Below, piece after piece: positions 18,704-27,892 of a DNA stretch of 64,000 bases. The notes beneath the pieces are model-generated. The model was not told where the DNA came from. It saw only the letters and a program-made list of their open reading frames with translations, and did not search any database. Every line of letters starts with the position of its first letter. The stretch's first letter is position 1. The DNA comes from Pseudobdellovibrionaceae bacterium (GTDB taxonomy: Bacteria > Bdellovibrionota > Bdellovibrionia > Bdellovibrionales > UBA1609). Location: positions 86,682-150,681 of the forward strand of contig CANEZP010000008.1 of assembly GCA_947444305.1 (NCBI GenBank), written 5' to 3'. The position numbers were made by a program, and so were the translations under genes.

Positions 18704-19018
18704 ATGGAAATAACGAACGCATGCGAAGCTTTCTCATCCCTCTCGCAAGAGACTCGGCTCAAGACTTTTAAACTGCTTATTCAATTTGGTAAGGATGGCG
18801 CGGCGGCTGGAAAGCTTGCCGAAGAACTTGAAATTCCAGACAATACTTTATCCTTTCACCTTGCCCAGATGACAAAGGCAGGACTTGTAACGTCTGAAAG
18901 AAGCGGCCGTTCTATTATTTATGTTGCGAATACTAAGCTAATGACTTCGCTAATTGGCTTTCTCAAAGAGAATTGTTGCGTCAGAGAGAGCAATTCACGG
19001 GTAAAGGCGAAGTGCTAA
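18704..19018 (+). CDS. arsR: ArsR/SmtB-family metalloregulator
   Basis: 104 aa. Winged-HTH core [13 protein letters not shown]...[26 protein letters not shown]-terminal Cys cluster [16 protein letters not shown]. Divergent from acr3. Confidence 0.85.
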   Translation: MEITNACEAFSSLSQETRLKTFKLLIQFGKDGAAAGKLAEELEIPDNTLSFHLAQMTKAGLVTSERSGRSIIYVANTKLMTSLIGFLKENCCVRESNSRVKAKC

Positions 19019-19071
19019 GTGCTTTTTTGTAGCTTCACCAAGCACTCGTTTCACACAGGAGACGTAGAATT

Positions 19072-21477
19072 CTAAATTCTCGCGCGAGTGAGTTTTAATG
19101 CATTTGCGATCACCGACACCGAACTTAAGCTCATCGCAAGGCTCGCCATCATCGGATTCATAAGAATTCCAAACGCCGGATATAGTATTCCCGCCGCGAC
19201 GGGCACACCCAAAAGATTGTAGGCAAAAGCGAAGAATAAGTTCTGTCGAATATTCTTCATAGTTTGCTGACTAAGTTTATGTGCTCGAACTATTCCGGAC
19301 AGATCGCCTTTCAACAGTGTAATCGACGCACTTTCCATAGCCACGTCTGTTCCTGTACCCATGGCGATGCCCACATCAGCCTGAGCCAATGCCGGAGCAT
19401 CGTTGATTCCATCGCCGGCCATCGCGACTATTTTTCCGCTTTCGCGCAACTTTCGGACGACTTCATTCTTTTGCTCGGGTAATACCTCGGCCTCAAAGCG
19501 GTCAATGCCGACCTCTTTCGCAACAGCTGCGGCAGTAATTCTATTGTCGCCTGTCAACATGATGACTTCGATCTTCTTCGAGTGAAAGTAGGCGATGGCT
19601 TCCTTCGAAGTTTCTTTCACGGGATCTTTAACCGCGATGATTCCGGCGGGCTTGGAGTCAATTGCGACAAGCATCGCTCCGTGACCTGACTCCTGAAGGT
19701 TCTTGGCAATTCCAACCAGCTCGGAGGCATCTATCCGGTATTTCTCCATCAAACGTTTGTTTCCAATGACTACACGCCTACCGTCGACCGTTCCTTCCAC
19801 TCCCATTCCAGTTATTGATTGGAAATCCTTAACTTCCAATAGCGTTAAGCCTCTTTGAATTGCGCCTTCAACAATAGCTTCCGCGAGTGGGTGTTCGCTG
19901 GCTTTTTCAAGAACGGCAGCGAGTGCCAGAACTTCGTCTTCATTAGCCCCGTCTACTGTTTTCACAACGGCTAGCTTCGGCTTCCCCAGTGTGAGGGTTC
20001 CAGTCTTATCAACGATAAGCGTGGTGATTTTCTCCATTCCCTCTAAAGCTTCCGCACTTTTAATCAGTACTCCGTGCGTGGCCCCTTTCCCCGTCCCAAC
20101 CATAATGGACATCGGAGTCGCGAGACCGAGGGCACAAGGACACGCAATGATAAGAACTGAGACGGCATTAACAATCGCAAATGTGAACGCAGGATCGGGC
20201 CCGACCAGGAACCAAACAACCGCCGTAATGATGGCGATGAGAACGACTGCAGGCACAAAATACGCGGCCACTTGATCGGCAAGCTTTTGAATGGGTGCTC
20301 GGCTTCGCTGAGCTTGCGATACCATTTTGACGATTTGCGAGAGGAGCGTGTCCGAACCAACGCGCGTTGCTTCCATGACGAAAGAACCCGTTGCATTTAC
20401 GGTTGCACCAATGACCGAGTCTCCAGCACCCTTCTCGACTGGAATGGGTTCACCGCTAATCATGGACTCATCGACCGAGCTACGGCCCTCGATAACCTTT
20501 CCGTCGACGGGGACTTTTTCGCCGGGCTTAACTCTTAGCCGATCTCCGATCTTGATATGCTCGATCGGAATATCTTCTTCAGCTCCATTTGGACCGATAC
20601 GCTTTGCCGTTTTCGCCGCCAGCCCAAGCAATGCCCGAATGGCATTGCCCGTTTGGCTGCGCGCTCTGAGCTCCAAAACTTGACCAACTAATACCAGCGT
20701 AGTGATGACCGCGGCCGCTTCGAAATAAAGTGGAACCATTCCGCCGTGAGTCTTCAAATTTTCGGGAAAGATGACGGGAAAAAAGGTGGCCACGATACTG
20801 TAGACATAGGCCACACCGGTTCCGATGGAAATGAGGGTGAACATATTTAGGTTCCAGGTTTTGACCGATGCCCAACCACGTTCAAAGAATGGAAGCCCTC
20901 CCCAAAGAGCGACAGGAGTTGCCAGAGTAAATTGAATCAAGGCATTGATCCATCCAGGTATAAGATGTTGAACGGGCTGACCAGGAAGAATGTCGGACAT
21001 TGCCAGTAGCGTGAGCGGAATGGTTAGCACTGCACTGATCTTTAACCGTCTTGTGAAGTCTACCAATTCAGGATTGGCTTCGTCTGTGAGGCTAACTTCT
21101 TCAGGCTCCAGCGCCATTCCGCAGATAGGACAATTGCCAGGACCTTTTTGTCGAACTTCCGGGTGCATAGGGCAAGTGTAGATACGCTCGCTGTCTTCGG
21201 CCGAAACTATTACTTTCTCCGTAGACTTTGTTGAATAGCTCTCCGGATTAGCTTCGAATTTTGTTTTGCACTTGGGATTGCAGAAGTAATAAGTCTCATC
21301 TTTATATTTTGTGCTGCCAACTTTGGCGGTATTGGGATCAATGGTCATTCCGCAAACAGGATCGACCACTTGTGCCTGAGGCGGCTTTCTCTTCCCCTCT
21401 AGCGAGCAGCAGGAATGACCATCCGTGGGCACAGGCCCGTGATTGTGGGTATTGTGGTGACCGTGGTCGTGCTTCAT
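19072..21477 (-). CDS. copA: Copper-translocating P1B-type ATPase
   Basis: 801 aa. CPC ([13 protein letters not shown]), [15 protein letters not shown]. The N-terminus has a His-rich tract, a YHS/TRASH-like DPVCGM...YYFCNPKC, and CPMHPEV...CPICGM. Confidence 0.95.
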   Translation of the reverse strand: MKHDHGHHNTHNHGPVPTDGHSCCSLEGKRKPPQAQVVDPVCGMTIDPNTAKVGSTKYKDETYYFCNPKCKTKFEANPESYSTKSTEKVIVSAEDSERIYTCPMHPEVRQKGPGNCPICGMALEPEEVSLTDEANPELVDFTRRLKISAVLTIPLTLLAMSDILPGQPVQHLIPGWINALIQFTLATPVALWGGLPFFERGWASVKTWNLNMFTLISIGTGVAYVYSIVATFFPVIFPENLKTHGGMVPLYFEAAAVITTLVLVGQVLELRARSQTGNAIRALLGLAAKTAKRIGPNGAEEDIPIEHIKIGDRLRVKPGEKVPVDGKVIEGRSSVDESMISGEPIPVEKGAGDSVIGATVNATGSFVMEATRVGSDTLLSQIVKMVSQAQRSRAPIQKLADQVAAYFVPAVVLIAIITAVVWFLVGPDPAFTFAIVNAVSVLIIACPCALGLATPMSIMVGTGKGATHGVLIKSAEALEGMEKITTLIVDKTGTLTLGKPKLAVVKTVDGANEDEVLALAAVLEKASEHPLAEAIVEGAIQRGLTLLEVKDFQSITGMGVEGTVDGRRVVIGNKRLMEKYRIDASELVGIAKNLQESGHGAMLVAIDSKPAGIIAVKDPVKETSKEAIAYFHSKKIEVIMLTGDNRITAAAVAKEVGIDRFEAEVLPEQKNEVVRKLRESGKIVAMAGDGINDAPALAQADVGIAMGTGTDVAMESASITLLKGDLSGIVRAHKLSQQTMKNIRQNLFFAFAYNLLGVPVAAGILYPAFGILMNPMMASLAMSLSSVSVIANALKLTRARI

Positions 21478-21543
21478 AAAACTCCTCTATTAGAGCGCAT
21501 CAACAGAAAGACTCTTAGACCCGATCCGGCGCGCCCACAACCC

Positions 21544-21574
21544 ACTATCGACGTTCCAGTCATTGGAAGGTCAA
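21544..21574 (-). promoter_or_regulatory. MerR/CueR-type promoter-operator for copA
   Basis: The minus strand reads TTGACC-ttccaatgactggaacgtc-GATAGT. That is a -35 and -10 separated by a 19-bp spacer containing the dyad ttcca/tggaa. Confidence 0.6.
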
Positions 21575-21625
21575 GGCTGAATTCGGGCGCTGCGTGCCAT
21601 TCCCGGACAATAGACGGAGCTGGGC

Positions 21626-21656
21626 TTGACCTTCCAGCGGCTGGAACCTTTAAGGT
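21626..21656 (+). promoter_or_regulatory. MerR/CueR-type promoter-operator for the cueR-MCO operon
   Basis: TTGACC-ttccagcggctggaaccttTAAGGT. The 19-bp spacer contains the perfect dyad ttccagc-g-gctggaa. It closely resembles my recollection of the E. coli PcopA operator. Confidence 0.65.
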
Positions 21657-21679
21657 TATTTACAAGGTTGGAGGTCAAT

Positions 21680-22084
21680 ATGACAATAGGTGAACTGGCG
21701 AAATCATCGGGTGTAAATGCGAAACTTATTCGTCATTACGAGTCTATTGGTGTCGTCCCGAAGCCCGGCCGCACAGATTCCGGATACCGGATCTACTCAA
21801 AGACCGACATTCAATTTCTGAAATTTATCAAAAGAGCCCGGGGGCTTGGATTTTCGATGAAAGAAATAAAGAAGCTTATCGGACTTTGGCGAAACAAATC
21901 CCGCGCGAGCAAAGATGTGAAAGCGCTTGCTCTAACTCACGTCAAAACACTGGATGCAAAAATATTAGAGATGCAAGAAATGGCGGATAGCCTTCGTTTG
22001 CTTGCGCGAAACTGTCACGGCGACGCAAGACCGGACTGCCCAATCTTAAGCAGCTTGGAAAACAACGGAGAAAAAAATGACTAA
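21680..22084 (+). CDS. cueR: MerR-family Cu(I)-responsive regulator (CueR-like)
   Basis: MTIGELAKSSGVNAKLIRHYESIGVVPKPGRTDSGYRIYS is a MerR HTH. C-terminal CHGDARPDC metal loop. ATG 21680 follows GGAGG. The longest ORF (21626) would cover the promoter. Confidence 0.85.
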   Translation: MTIGELAKSSGVNAKLIRHYESIGVVPKPGRTDSGYRIYSKTDIQFLKFIKRARGLGFSMKEIKKLIGLWRNKSRASKDVKALALTHVKTLDAKILEMQEMADSLRLLARNCHGDARPDCPILSSLENNGEKND

Positions 22085-24446
22085 TCAAATCGGAGCCTAT
22101 CACCAGAAGTGCGACATAAGATGTTGGACGAACGAGATATTCTTTCTCGTAACCTTAGCCGTTGCGATTCTCTTTTCATTCGGGGCTTTCGGAAAAACCG
22201 TTAAGTACGAGCTGAATATTGAGAATAAGCCGATGAACATGAGCGGCAAAAAGGATGTGAACTTTGCACTCACGGTAAATGGAGGAATTCCAGCCCCGAC
22301 GCTTGAATTTACCGAAGGTGATGATGCCGAAATTCTGGTGGTGAACAAGCTCAAGGAAGAAGAAGTTTCGATTCACTGGCACGGGATCTTACTCCCGCCG
22401 GAAGAAGACGGAGTGGCGTACGTGAATACGCCGCCGATACATGCCGGCACTTCTCGATTGTTCAAGTTCAAGATCCGTCAGAACGGTACCTTTTGGTATC
22501 ACTCGCACACCGCTGTCCAGGAACAAAAGGGTGTTTACGGCGCATTCATCATTCATCCAAAAAAGAAGTCCATATCTTACGATAAGGATGCGGTATTGGT
22601 CTTGAGTGATTGGTCTGATGAGAATGCCGATCAGATTATAAGAAATCTCCGCAAAGATGGAGATTTCTACCTCTACAAAAAAGATTCTGTACGCTCGTAC
22701 GTCGGCGCCGTCCGCGCAGGTGGCCTGAGATCGCACTTATCTAACGAGTGGAGCCGGATGGGCGGAATGGATTTATCCGATGTGGGCTACGATGCGTTTC
22801 TTATTAACGGCAAACGCAACTCGCAGCTCCTCACCGCTCATCTAGGTGAAAAGATTCGCTTAAGGGTTATCAATGCCGGTGCCTCAAGCTATTTCTATTT
22901 GGCAATGGGCGTACCCATGCAGGTCATCTCTGCTGACGGAGTAGATATCAAACCAGTTTCCGCAAAAGAAATTCTGATCGGAATGGCCGAAACTTACGAC
23001 GTGCTCTTTACGGTTCCTGAGCATAAAAACTATGAGATCCGTGCTACGACCCAAGACGTCACCGGATTTGCGTCGGCATGGATTGGAATGGGTGAAAAAG
23101 TACCTGCTCCCAATAAACCTCTTCCTGACATGTATGCAAGTATGGATCATAGCGGACACGGTGGTGCACATTCTGGGCACGGAGCCATGAGCCAGGGAGA
23201 TCACTCGGGTCACGGTGAAAAAGTTCCGAACACCGGTCATGCTCACCACACTGAAGCGTCAATGAAAGAGGATCACTCAAAGCATGGCGGCGGTAATCAT
23301 GCAAATCAACATGGTAGTGAGTCAGATCATTCCGCTCACGCCGCCCAAGTGAAACCTAAGCCGGCCACTACCAAATCCGAGGGTCCGATTGATTGGTCAA
23401 CCCAGTCTGATGCACAACTAAGACAAAATGCAGCGTCGCGGGATCTAAGCGGCGGCGATAAGCCCATCGAAACCCTGACTGTTGATAATCTATCGGCACT
23501 TCAGCCGACTACTTTGCCGAAGGATGTAAAGGTTCACGATGTGAAACTCGTGCTTGGCGGTGATATGCAACGTTACGTCTGGCACATTAACGGCAAGACA
23601 ATTGAACAAGACCGCCTATTGATGATTAACAAGGGTGAGATTGTTCGGTTTACATTTCAAAACGACACGATGATGCATCACCCGATGCATCTTCATGGAC
23701 ACTTCTTCCGCGTAATCAACGAGAACGGCGAAAGATCCCCGCTAAAGCATTCGGTTGATGTGCCCCCGCATAAATCTCGCACAATTGAGTTCTTTTCGAA
23801 CGAGCCGGGACAATGGATGCTTCACTGCCATAATCTTTATCATATGAAAACCGGCATGGCCCGGGTCGTACGTTACAATGATTTTAAACTCACACCCGAG
23901 ATGGCCAAGCACGACGCACACGATCCGCATCTTCACGAACACCTCTATACACACACACAGCTCGAAGCCGCGAGTAATCATGCCAAAGCGGGTTTCCATC
24001 TCATGCGCACGTGGGACGAAATCGAACTCGAAATTGAAAGCGCCAACCTCGACGGGAAGAACTTTTCGTTCGGAGAGGACTGGGAGACCGAGGGTGATTT
24101 GGTCTACCGTAGATGGTTTTCAAACTTCTTTAATTTGTTCGGCGGAGGATCACTTTACGATGAAAAGGGTTTCGGGACGATCGGGATTGGCTACATACTT
24201 CCTCTGTTGATCGAAACGCAGTTTTCCGTGAATCATGAAGGGCGCTTCAGATTCGATGTCGAAAAGCGATTCCAATGGACCAAAAACGTGTTTTCGGACG
24301 TCGATTTTACGTGGAGACCGGATTGGGATGGCGAGCGTGACACCGAGTTTGAAGTCAGCCTGATGTACGGACCTTCTTGGAATTGGTCGGCGGGCCTTAT
24401 GTTTACGGAAAAGAGCGCCGGTATTGGCGCAAAGATTCAGTTTTAA
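22077..24446 (+). CDS. Multicopper oxidase (CopA/PcoA-like) with His/Met-rich insert and a C-terminal CopB-like beta-barrel-type extension
   Basis: 789 aa. Cu sites HWHG, WYHSH, HPMHLHGH, HCHNLYHMKTGM. His-rich tract DHSGHGGAHSGHG.... About 190 aa follow the T1 site and end in GIGAKIQF. Confidence 0.85.
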   Translation: MTNQIGAYHQKCDIRCWTNEIFFLVTLAVAILFSFGAFGKTVKYELNIENKPMNMSGKKDVNFALTVNGGIPAPTLEFTEGDDAEILVVNKLKEEEVSIHWHGILLPPEEDGVAYVNTPPIHAGTSRLFKFKIRQNGTFWYHSHTAVQEQKGVYGAFIIHPKKKSISYDKDAVLVLSDWSDENADQIIRNLRKDGDFYLYKKDSVRSYVGAVRAGGLRSHLSNEWSRMGGMDLSDVGYDAFLINGKRNSQLLTAHLGEKIRLRVINAGASSYFYLAMGVPMQVISADGVDIKPVSAKEILIGMAETYDVLFTVPEHKNYEIRATTQDVTGFASAWIGMGEKVPAPNKPLPDMYASMDHSGHGGAHSGHGAMSQGDHSGHGEKVPNTGHAHHTEASMKEDHSKHGGGNHANQHGSESDHSAHAAQVKPKPATTKSEGPIDWSTQSDAQLRQNAASRDLSGGDKPIETLTVDNLSALQPTTLPKDVKVHDVKLVLGGDMQRYVWHINGKTIEQDRLLMINKGEIVRFTFQNDTMMHHPMHLHGHFFRVINENGERSPLKHSVDVPPHKSRTIEFFSNEPGQWMLHCHNLYHMKTGMARVVRYNDFKLTPEMAKHDAHDPHLHEHLYTHTQLEAASNHAKAGFHLMRTWDEIELEIESANLDGKNFSFGEDWETEGDLVYRRWFSNFFNLFGGGSLYDEKGFGTIGIGYILPLLIETQFSVNHEGRFRFDVEKRFQWTKNVFSDVDFTWRPDWDGERDTEFEVSLMYGPSWNWSAGLMFTEKSAGIGAKIQF

Positions 24447-24467
24447 TATAAATAAAAGGAGCGACAT

Positions 24468-24845
24468 ATGACAAAAAAAGCCACATCCCTACTTCTCACT
24501 CTAGCCACAAGCATTCTTTTTTGGGGCGTCACCGCTTCCGGCGCCGGCGAGGACTGGAAAATTGTTCCGAATAAACAGGTCTGTATGGTGACCAACGCGC
24601 ATTTTTCCCGGCCGCAGATCCCGGTCGAACAAGACAATAAAACCTATTATGGCTGCTGCGAGAACTGCAAAGCCACTATCCAAAAAAATGCAACTTCGAG
24701 GTCGGCGACCGATCCGCAGTCTAAAAAGTCAGTGGATAAGGCGACGGCAATTATCGCTGCGAACGATGCTGGCGAGGTTATGTACTTTGAGACCAAAGCC
24801 AATTTTGAAAAATACGTACACAACCTGAAGAGTATAAAAAGATGA
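24468..24845 (+). CDS. Secreted YHS/TRASH-like putative metal-binding protein
   Basis: 125 aa. Signal peptide. QVCMVTN....KTYYGCCENCKATIQKN resembles a YHS-type module. Lies in the copper operon. Confidence 0.5.
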   Translation: MTKKATSLLLTLATSILFWGVTASGAGEDWKIVPNKQVCMVTNAHFSRPQIPVEQDNKTYYGCCENCKATIQKNATSRSATDPQSKKSVDKATAIIAANDAGEVMYFETKANFEKYVHNLKSIKR

Positions 24846-24860
24846 GCTTAACAAACACCG

Positions 24861-25361
24861 ATGACGTCTAATTTTAAAATCAATTTAACTCTGCTTACTT
24901 TAGGTGTCTTAATTATCACCATGGTGGGAGTAACTGCTTCTGGGCATGAAAAGGTCCAGCACCTAAATCATGGAGATAAAGCCAAGGCCGTGAGTCCAGA
25001 GGTTCTAGCGAAGATAAATTTGTTTTACGAATCGTCCGTAAAATCTATCTTTAAGAACAGTTGTTTTGATTGCCACAGTTCCACTACCCGCTACCCATGG
25101 TATTCGGAGATTCCCGGAGCGAAGCAGGTCATCCAGAATGATATTGCGGAAGCAAAAAGCCATTTGGATATGAGTGATGGGTTTCCATTTATAGGCCATG
25201 GCAGTCTAAAGGAAGATCTAGAGGCAATTCGCAAATCTATCAAAGACGAGTCTATGCCGCCATTTCGCTATCGAATCCTGCATGGGAGTTCGAGGCTCAG
25301 CGATGAACAAAAACAGACGGTTCTCGAATGGTTCGATTCAAGCATCGCACTACTAAAATAA
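24861..25361 (+). CDS. Haem-binding-domain (Haem_bd-like) membrane-anchored protein
   Basis: 166 aa. CFDCHSSTTRYPWYSEIPGAKQVIQNDIAEAKSHLDMS matches the CxxCH...PWY pattern of that domain as I recall it. Confidence 0.65.
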   Translation: MTSNFKINLTLLTLGVLIITMVGVTASGHEKVQHLNHGDKAKAVSPEVLAKINLFYESSVKSIFKNSCFDCHSSTTRYPWYSEIPGAKQVIQNDIAEAKSHLDMSDGFPFIGHGSLKEDLEAIRKSIKDESMPPFRYRILHGSSRLSDEQKQTVLEWFDSSIALLK

Positions 25362-25663
25362 GACTAAGTGGTAGCGTCTTTTAACATCCTGGTTCTCACC
25401 ACATCGATCTCTAAATCCAATCGGATTCCCAAATGCATCCTTGGCGGCATTATGATCCCCCTAAACCTGTCCAATCTTTGTTTCGTTGGTTTGGGATGGT
25501 TGCGGGTCTTCCTCCCCCATGCAAATCTGTGGGCTTATGCGGGTCAACCCATGTCATACTGCTGCCTATTTAAGCATTTGCTGACATATTGGGTCGGAGC
25601 TAAATTCTCGGAATTGTTAAAACTCAAGTAATTCTATATACCTTTAAAACGAATATCGCGGCA

Positions 25664-25682
25664 CCTGCCACCCCATCCAATT
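25664..25682 (+). repeat. att-type direct repeat of the tRNA-Gln 3' end (junction island A / island B)
   Basis: cctgccaccccatccaatt, 19/19 identical to 14220-14238. Immediately followed by the second integrase gene. Confidence 0.7.
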
Positions 25683-25687
25683 CTTTT

Positions 25688-26692
25688 CTAAACATTCGAA
25701 ACCAAACGCAATTTTGAGACGGGTTTTTTCGGTGCGGGCTTTTGCGGGACAGAATCGCCCCCAAACATTTTATCCGCTCCCCCATCCACTTTAAAAACAT
25801 CGCCAAGCGCCTTTGAAATCTTCTGCTTCTGATGATCAGTTTCGCCCGTATATCTCCGAGTCACCCTCACTGAAGTGTGACCTAAGAATCTCGATACAGC
25901 GTCGATGTCGCCAGTCGCATCGTTTGCTAGAGTCGCGGCCGTTCTTCTCATGAAATGCGTTCCGCTAACGTGATTCAAACCCAGCGAACCCAAAACCATG
26001 TTGTAGTAAGTGGCAATCGTCTTCCTATTTACGGGAAGACCCTTCTTACTCACGAACAACGGATTGCTCGGATCACTTTGCTTAATCACATCTTGAAGTA
26101 CCGGAACCAACTGCTCAGGGATCGGCAAACGCCGTACGCGCTTTGTCTTCGTGTACTCTTTCACCGACGGCAGCCAGGTCCTTAGATCCCAGTGAACACA
26201 ACGACGAATCGTTATGACCTTCTTTTCAAGATCTATGCAGTCTTTGTAGAGGCCGCAGACTTCACCGATCCTCAGGGCAAAAAAGTACTGCAGAAGAGCG
26301 ACTACGAAATAAGTGTCATTACGTTTTTTAAGCTCTTGCAGGAACTTCGTCGCATCTTCTGAATCGAGGTACTTCACGGAACCATCGGAACTTTCAATGA
26401 GCACGGTCCTTTTGCGAGGCTTCTTAAACGAAGGCACATTATAGTTAACGCCCTCCTCAACTTCTTCTCTATAAAATCTTAAGATGACCCTTAGCAGTTG
26501 CCATTCTTTCTCGAACGATTTTCTCCGAAAGCTTCGAGGAAAATCGTTGAGCCAGAATTGCGCTAGCGAATTCAAAACCTTCCCGTCGATATCCTTAGCC
26601 GGGTAATCAGCTAAAAAATCGAGAGCCGGAAGAAGTTTCTCGTACGTTTTTACCGAACATTCGGTTATATTATCAGTCAGCATTTGTTTCAT
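25688..26692 (-). CDS. int: Tyrosine recombinase / integrase, paralog of 14244-15335
   Basis: 334 aa. ALRIGE, HFMRRT, LGHTSVRVTRRY. The C-terminal 111 aa are 81/111 identical to integrase 1 by manual alignment. Confidence 0.9.
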   Translation of the reverse strand: MKQMLTDNITECSVKTYEKLLPALDFLADYPAKDIDGKVLNSLAQFWLNDFPRSFRRKSFEKEWQLLRVILRFYREEVEEGVNYNVPSFKKPRKRTVLIESSDGSVKYLDSEDATKFLQELKKRNDTYFVVALLQYFFALRIGEVCGLYKDCIDLEKKVITIRRCVHWDLRTWLPSVKEYTKTKRVRRLPIPEQLVPVLQDVIKQSDPSNPLFVSKKGLPVNRKTIATYYNMVLGSLGLNHVSGTHFMRRTAATLANDATGDIDAVSRFLGHTSVRVTRRYTGETDHQKQKISKALGDVFKVDGGADKMFGGDSVPQKPAPKKPVSKLRLVSNV

Positions 26693-26721
26693 AAATTGAC
26701 TACAAAACGAAAGGAAAGAAA

Positions 26722-27132
26722 ATGAAAAGAACCGGTAGACTTGCGATCCCAGTTTTGGCCCTTACGCTATTAACAACCAATCTATATGGGAGAGAAAAAG
26801 CAATGACTTCAGAAAAAGTAAAAATAGCGGTTACCATCCGTCTTGAAGCTAAACCAGGTAAGGAGGTCGAGTTGGCCGAATTGCTAACTTCCGCTGCGCA
26901 AGTCGTCGCCAGCACGGAACCAAAGACTTTATTTTGGTATGCCACCAAAGTTAACAGTCGCACTTTCACAATTAATGATGGCTTCGCCGATGAAACAGGC
27001 TTGAAAGCCCATTTTGATGGTAAGGTAGCCGCTTTACTGAAGTCTAAAGCAAGCGACCTGATCGTTGGCGGCTGGGAACAAGGCGTTTTGCCTAACGTAG
27101 TCCAAAGTGATATTCTTTCGAGCATTAAGTGA
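26722..27132 (+). CDS. Secreted ABM (antibiotic-biosynthesis-monooxygenase-like) domain protein
   Basis: 136 aa. Signal peptide, then KIAVTIRLEAKPGKEVELAELL...TLFWYATKVNSRTFTINDGFADETGLKAH, a typical ABM ferredoxin-like pattern. Confidence 0.6.
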   Translation: MKRTGRLAIPVLALTLLTTNLYGREKAMTSEKVKIAVTIRLEAKPGKEVELAELLTSAAQVVASTEPKTLFWYATKVNSRTFTINDGFADETGLKAHFDGKVAALLKSKASDLIVGGWEQGVLPNVVQSDILSSIK

Positions 27133-27156
27133 GTCCGAAAAGGTAGACGATAAATA

Positions 27157-27705
27157 ATGAGAAAACCGCTGAAGCCGAAATCTGAAATCGTCACAGATTT
27201 GAGTCGAGTTTTTCGCGCTCATGGCTTTGATGGAGCCACGTTGACGAAGCTGGTTGAAGAAACTGGACTTGAGCGAGCGAGTCTATATCACCACTTTCCA
27301 AACGGAAAAGCAGATATGGCAGAGGCGGTTTTACTCCAAGCACTATTGGATTTGGAAGCCGACGTGATTAATTTTCTTAAAGAAGAGGGGGATGCAAAAG
27401 CGAAGCTCAAAAGAATGTTTAACGCCGTCGAGGCGTTTTACAACAATGGCAACGATGTTTGTTTCATCACGATTTTCTCGCTTGGCCACCAGAGCAAGAA
27501 AATTGATGAGATGATGAGTGGAGCGATTCGTACTTGGCTTAAGTATCTGGAGAAGACGTTGGCAGATTCAAAAGTTGATGACCCCAAAAAATCAGCTCAA
27601 CAACTTCTATCAACAATTCAAGGAGGTCTCATTCTGGCCCGTACATTAAATGATCCTTCAGTTTTTAGAAACTCCTTAAAGCCTTTACGCGTAGCTTGGC
27701 TGTAG
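27157..27705 (+). CDS. TetR-family transcriptional regulator
   Basis: 182 aa. FRAHGFDGATLTKLVEETGLERASLYHHFPNGKADM is a TetR HTH. Confidence 0.85.
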   Translation: MRKPLKPKSEIVTDLSRVFRAHGFDGATLTKLVEETGLERASLYHHFPNGKADMAEAVLLQALLDLEADVINFLKEEGDAKAKLKRMFNAVEAFYNNGNDVCFITIFSLGHQSKKIDEMMSGAIRTWLKYLEKTLADSKVDDPKKSAQQLLSTIQGGLILARTLNDPSVFRNSLKPLRVAWL

Positions 27706-27845
27706 ACTTTGAACTAATGACACTTCGTTCTAGACCGGTCGGCTATGAGCAGGTGCCAGGCTTCCTGACTCTACCTCAATCGGAATTCATCGTAACGGTT
27801 TGACTTGCTGACGGTTGCGAACAAAACGGAGCCTTTTGGACCGGT

Positions 27846-27879
27846 AAAATCAAAAGAAAGCGGACCAATATTGGTCCGC
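27846..27879 (-). terminator. Rho-independent terminator of the serine recombinase gene
   Basis: Perfect 20-bp palindrome gcggaccaatattggtccgc (27860-27879), followed on the minus strand by tttcttttgatttt. It begins 14 nt after the stop. Confidence 0.65.
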
Positions 27880-27892
27880 CTAGAATGGGTAT

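Larger units (their letters stand above)
14236..25682 (-). mobile_element. Integrative genomic island A at tRNA-Gln (int/xis plus arsenic and copper resistance cargo)
   Basis: Bounded by the tRNA 3' end and a 19/19 direct repeat at 25664-25682. The integrase gene abuts the tRNA. The region looks AT-richer than the flanks by eye. Confidence 0.7.

Noticed and set aside
19016-19046. Possible terminator hairpin agtgctt...aagcact between arsR and copA
   Set aside because: It has only a 7-bp stem with a 15-nt loop and an ambiguous T-run. This is too weak to call.
21415-21693. 92-aa ORF spanning the copA-cueR intergenic region
   Set aside because: It runs through both MerR-type promoters and the copA start and has no RBS, so it is spurious.
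25368-25631. 87-aa plus-strand ORF at the right end of island A
   Set aside because: It has no RBS and a hydrophobic low-information product. It covers the conserved attR-proximal arm motif, so it is probably non-coding.
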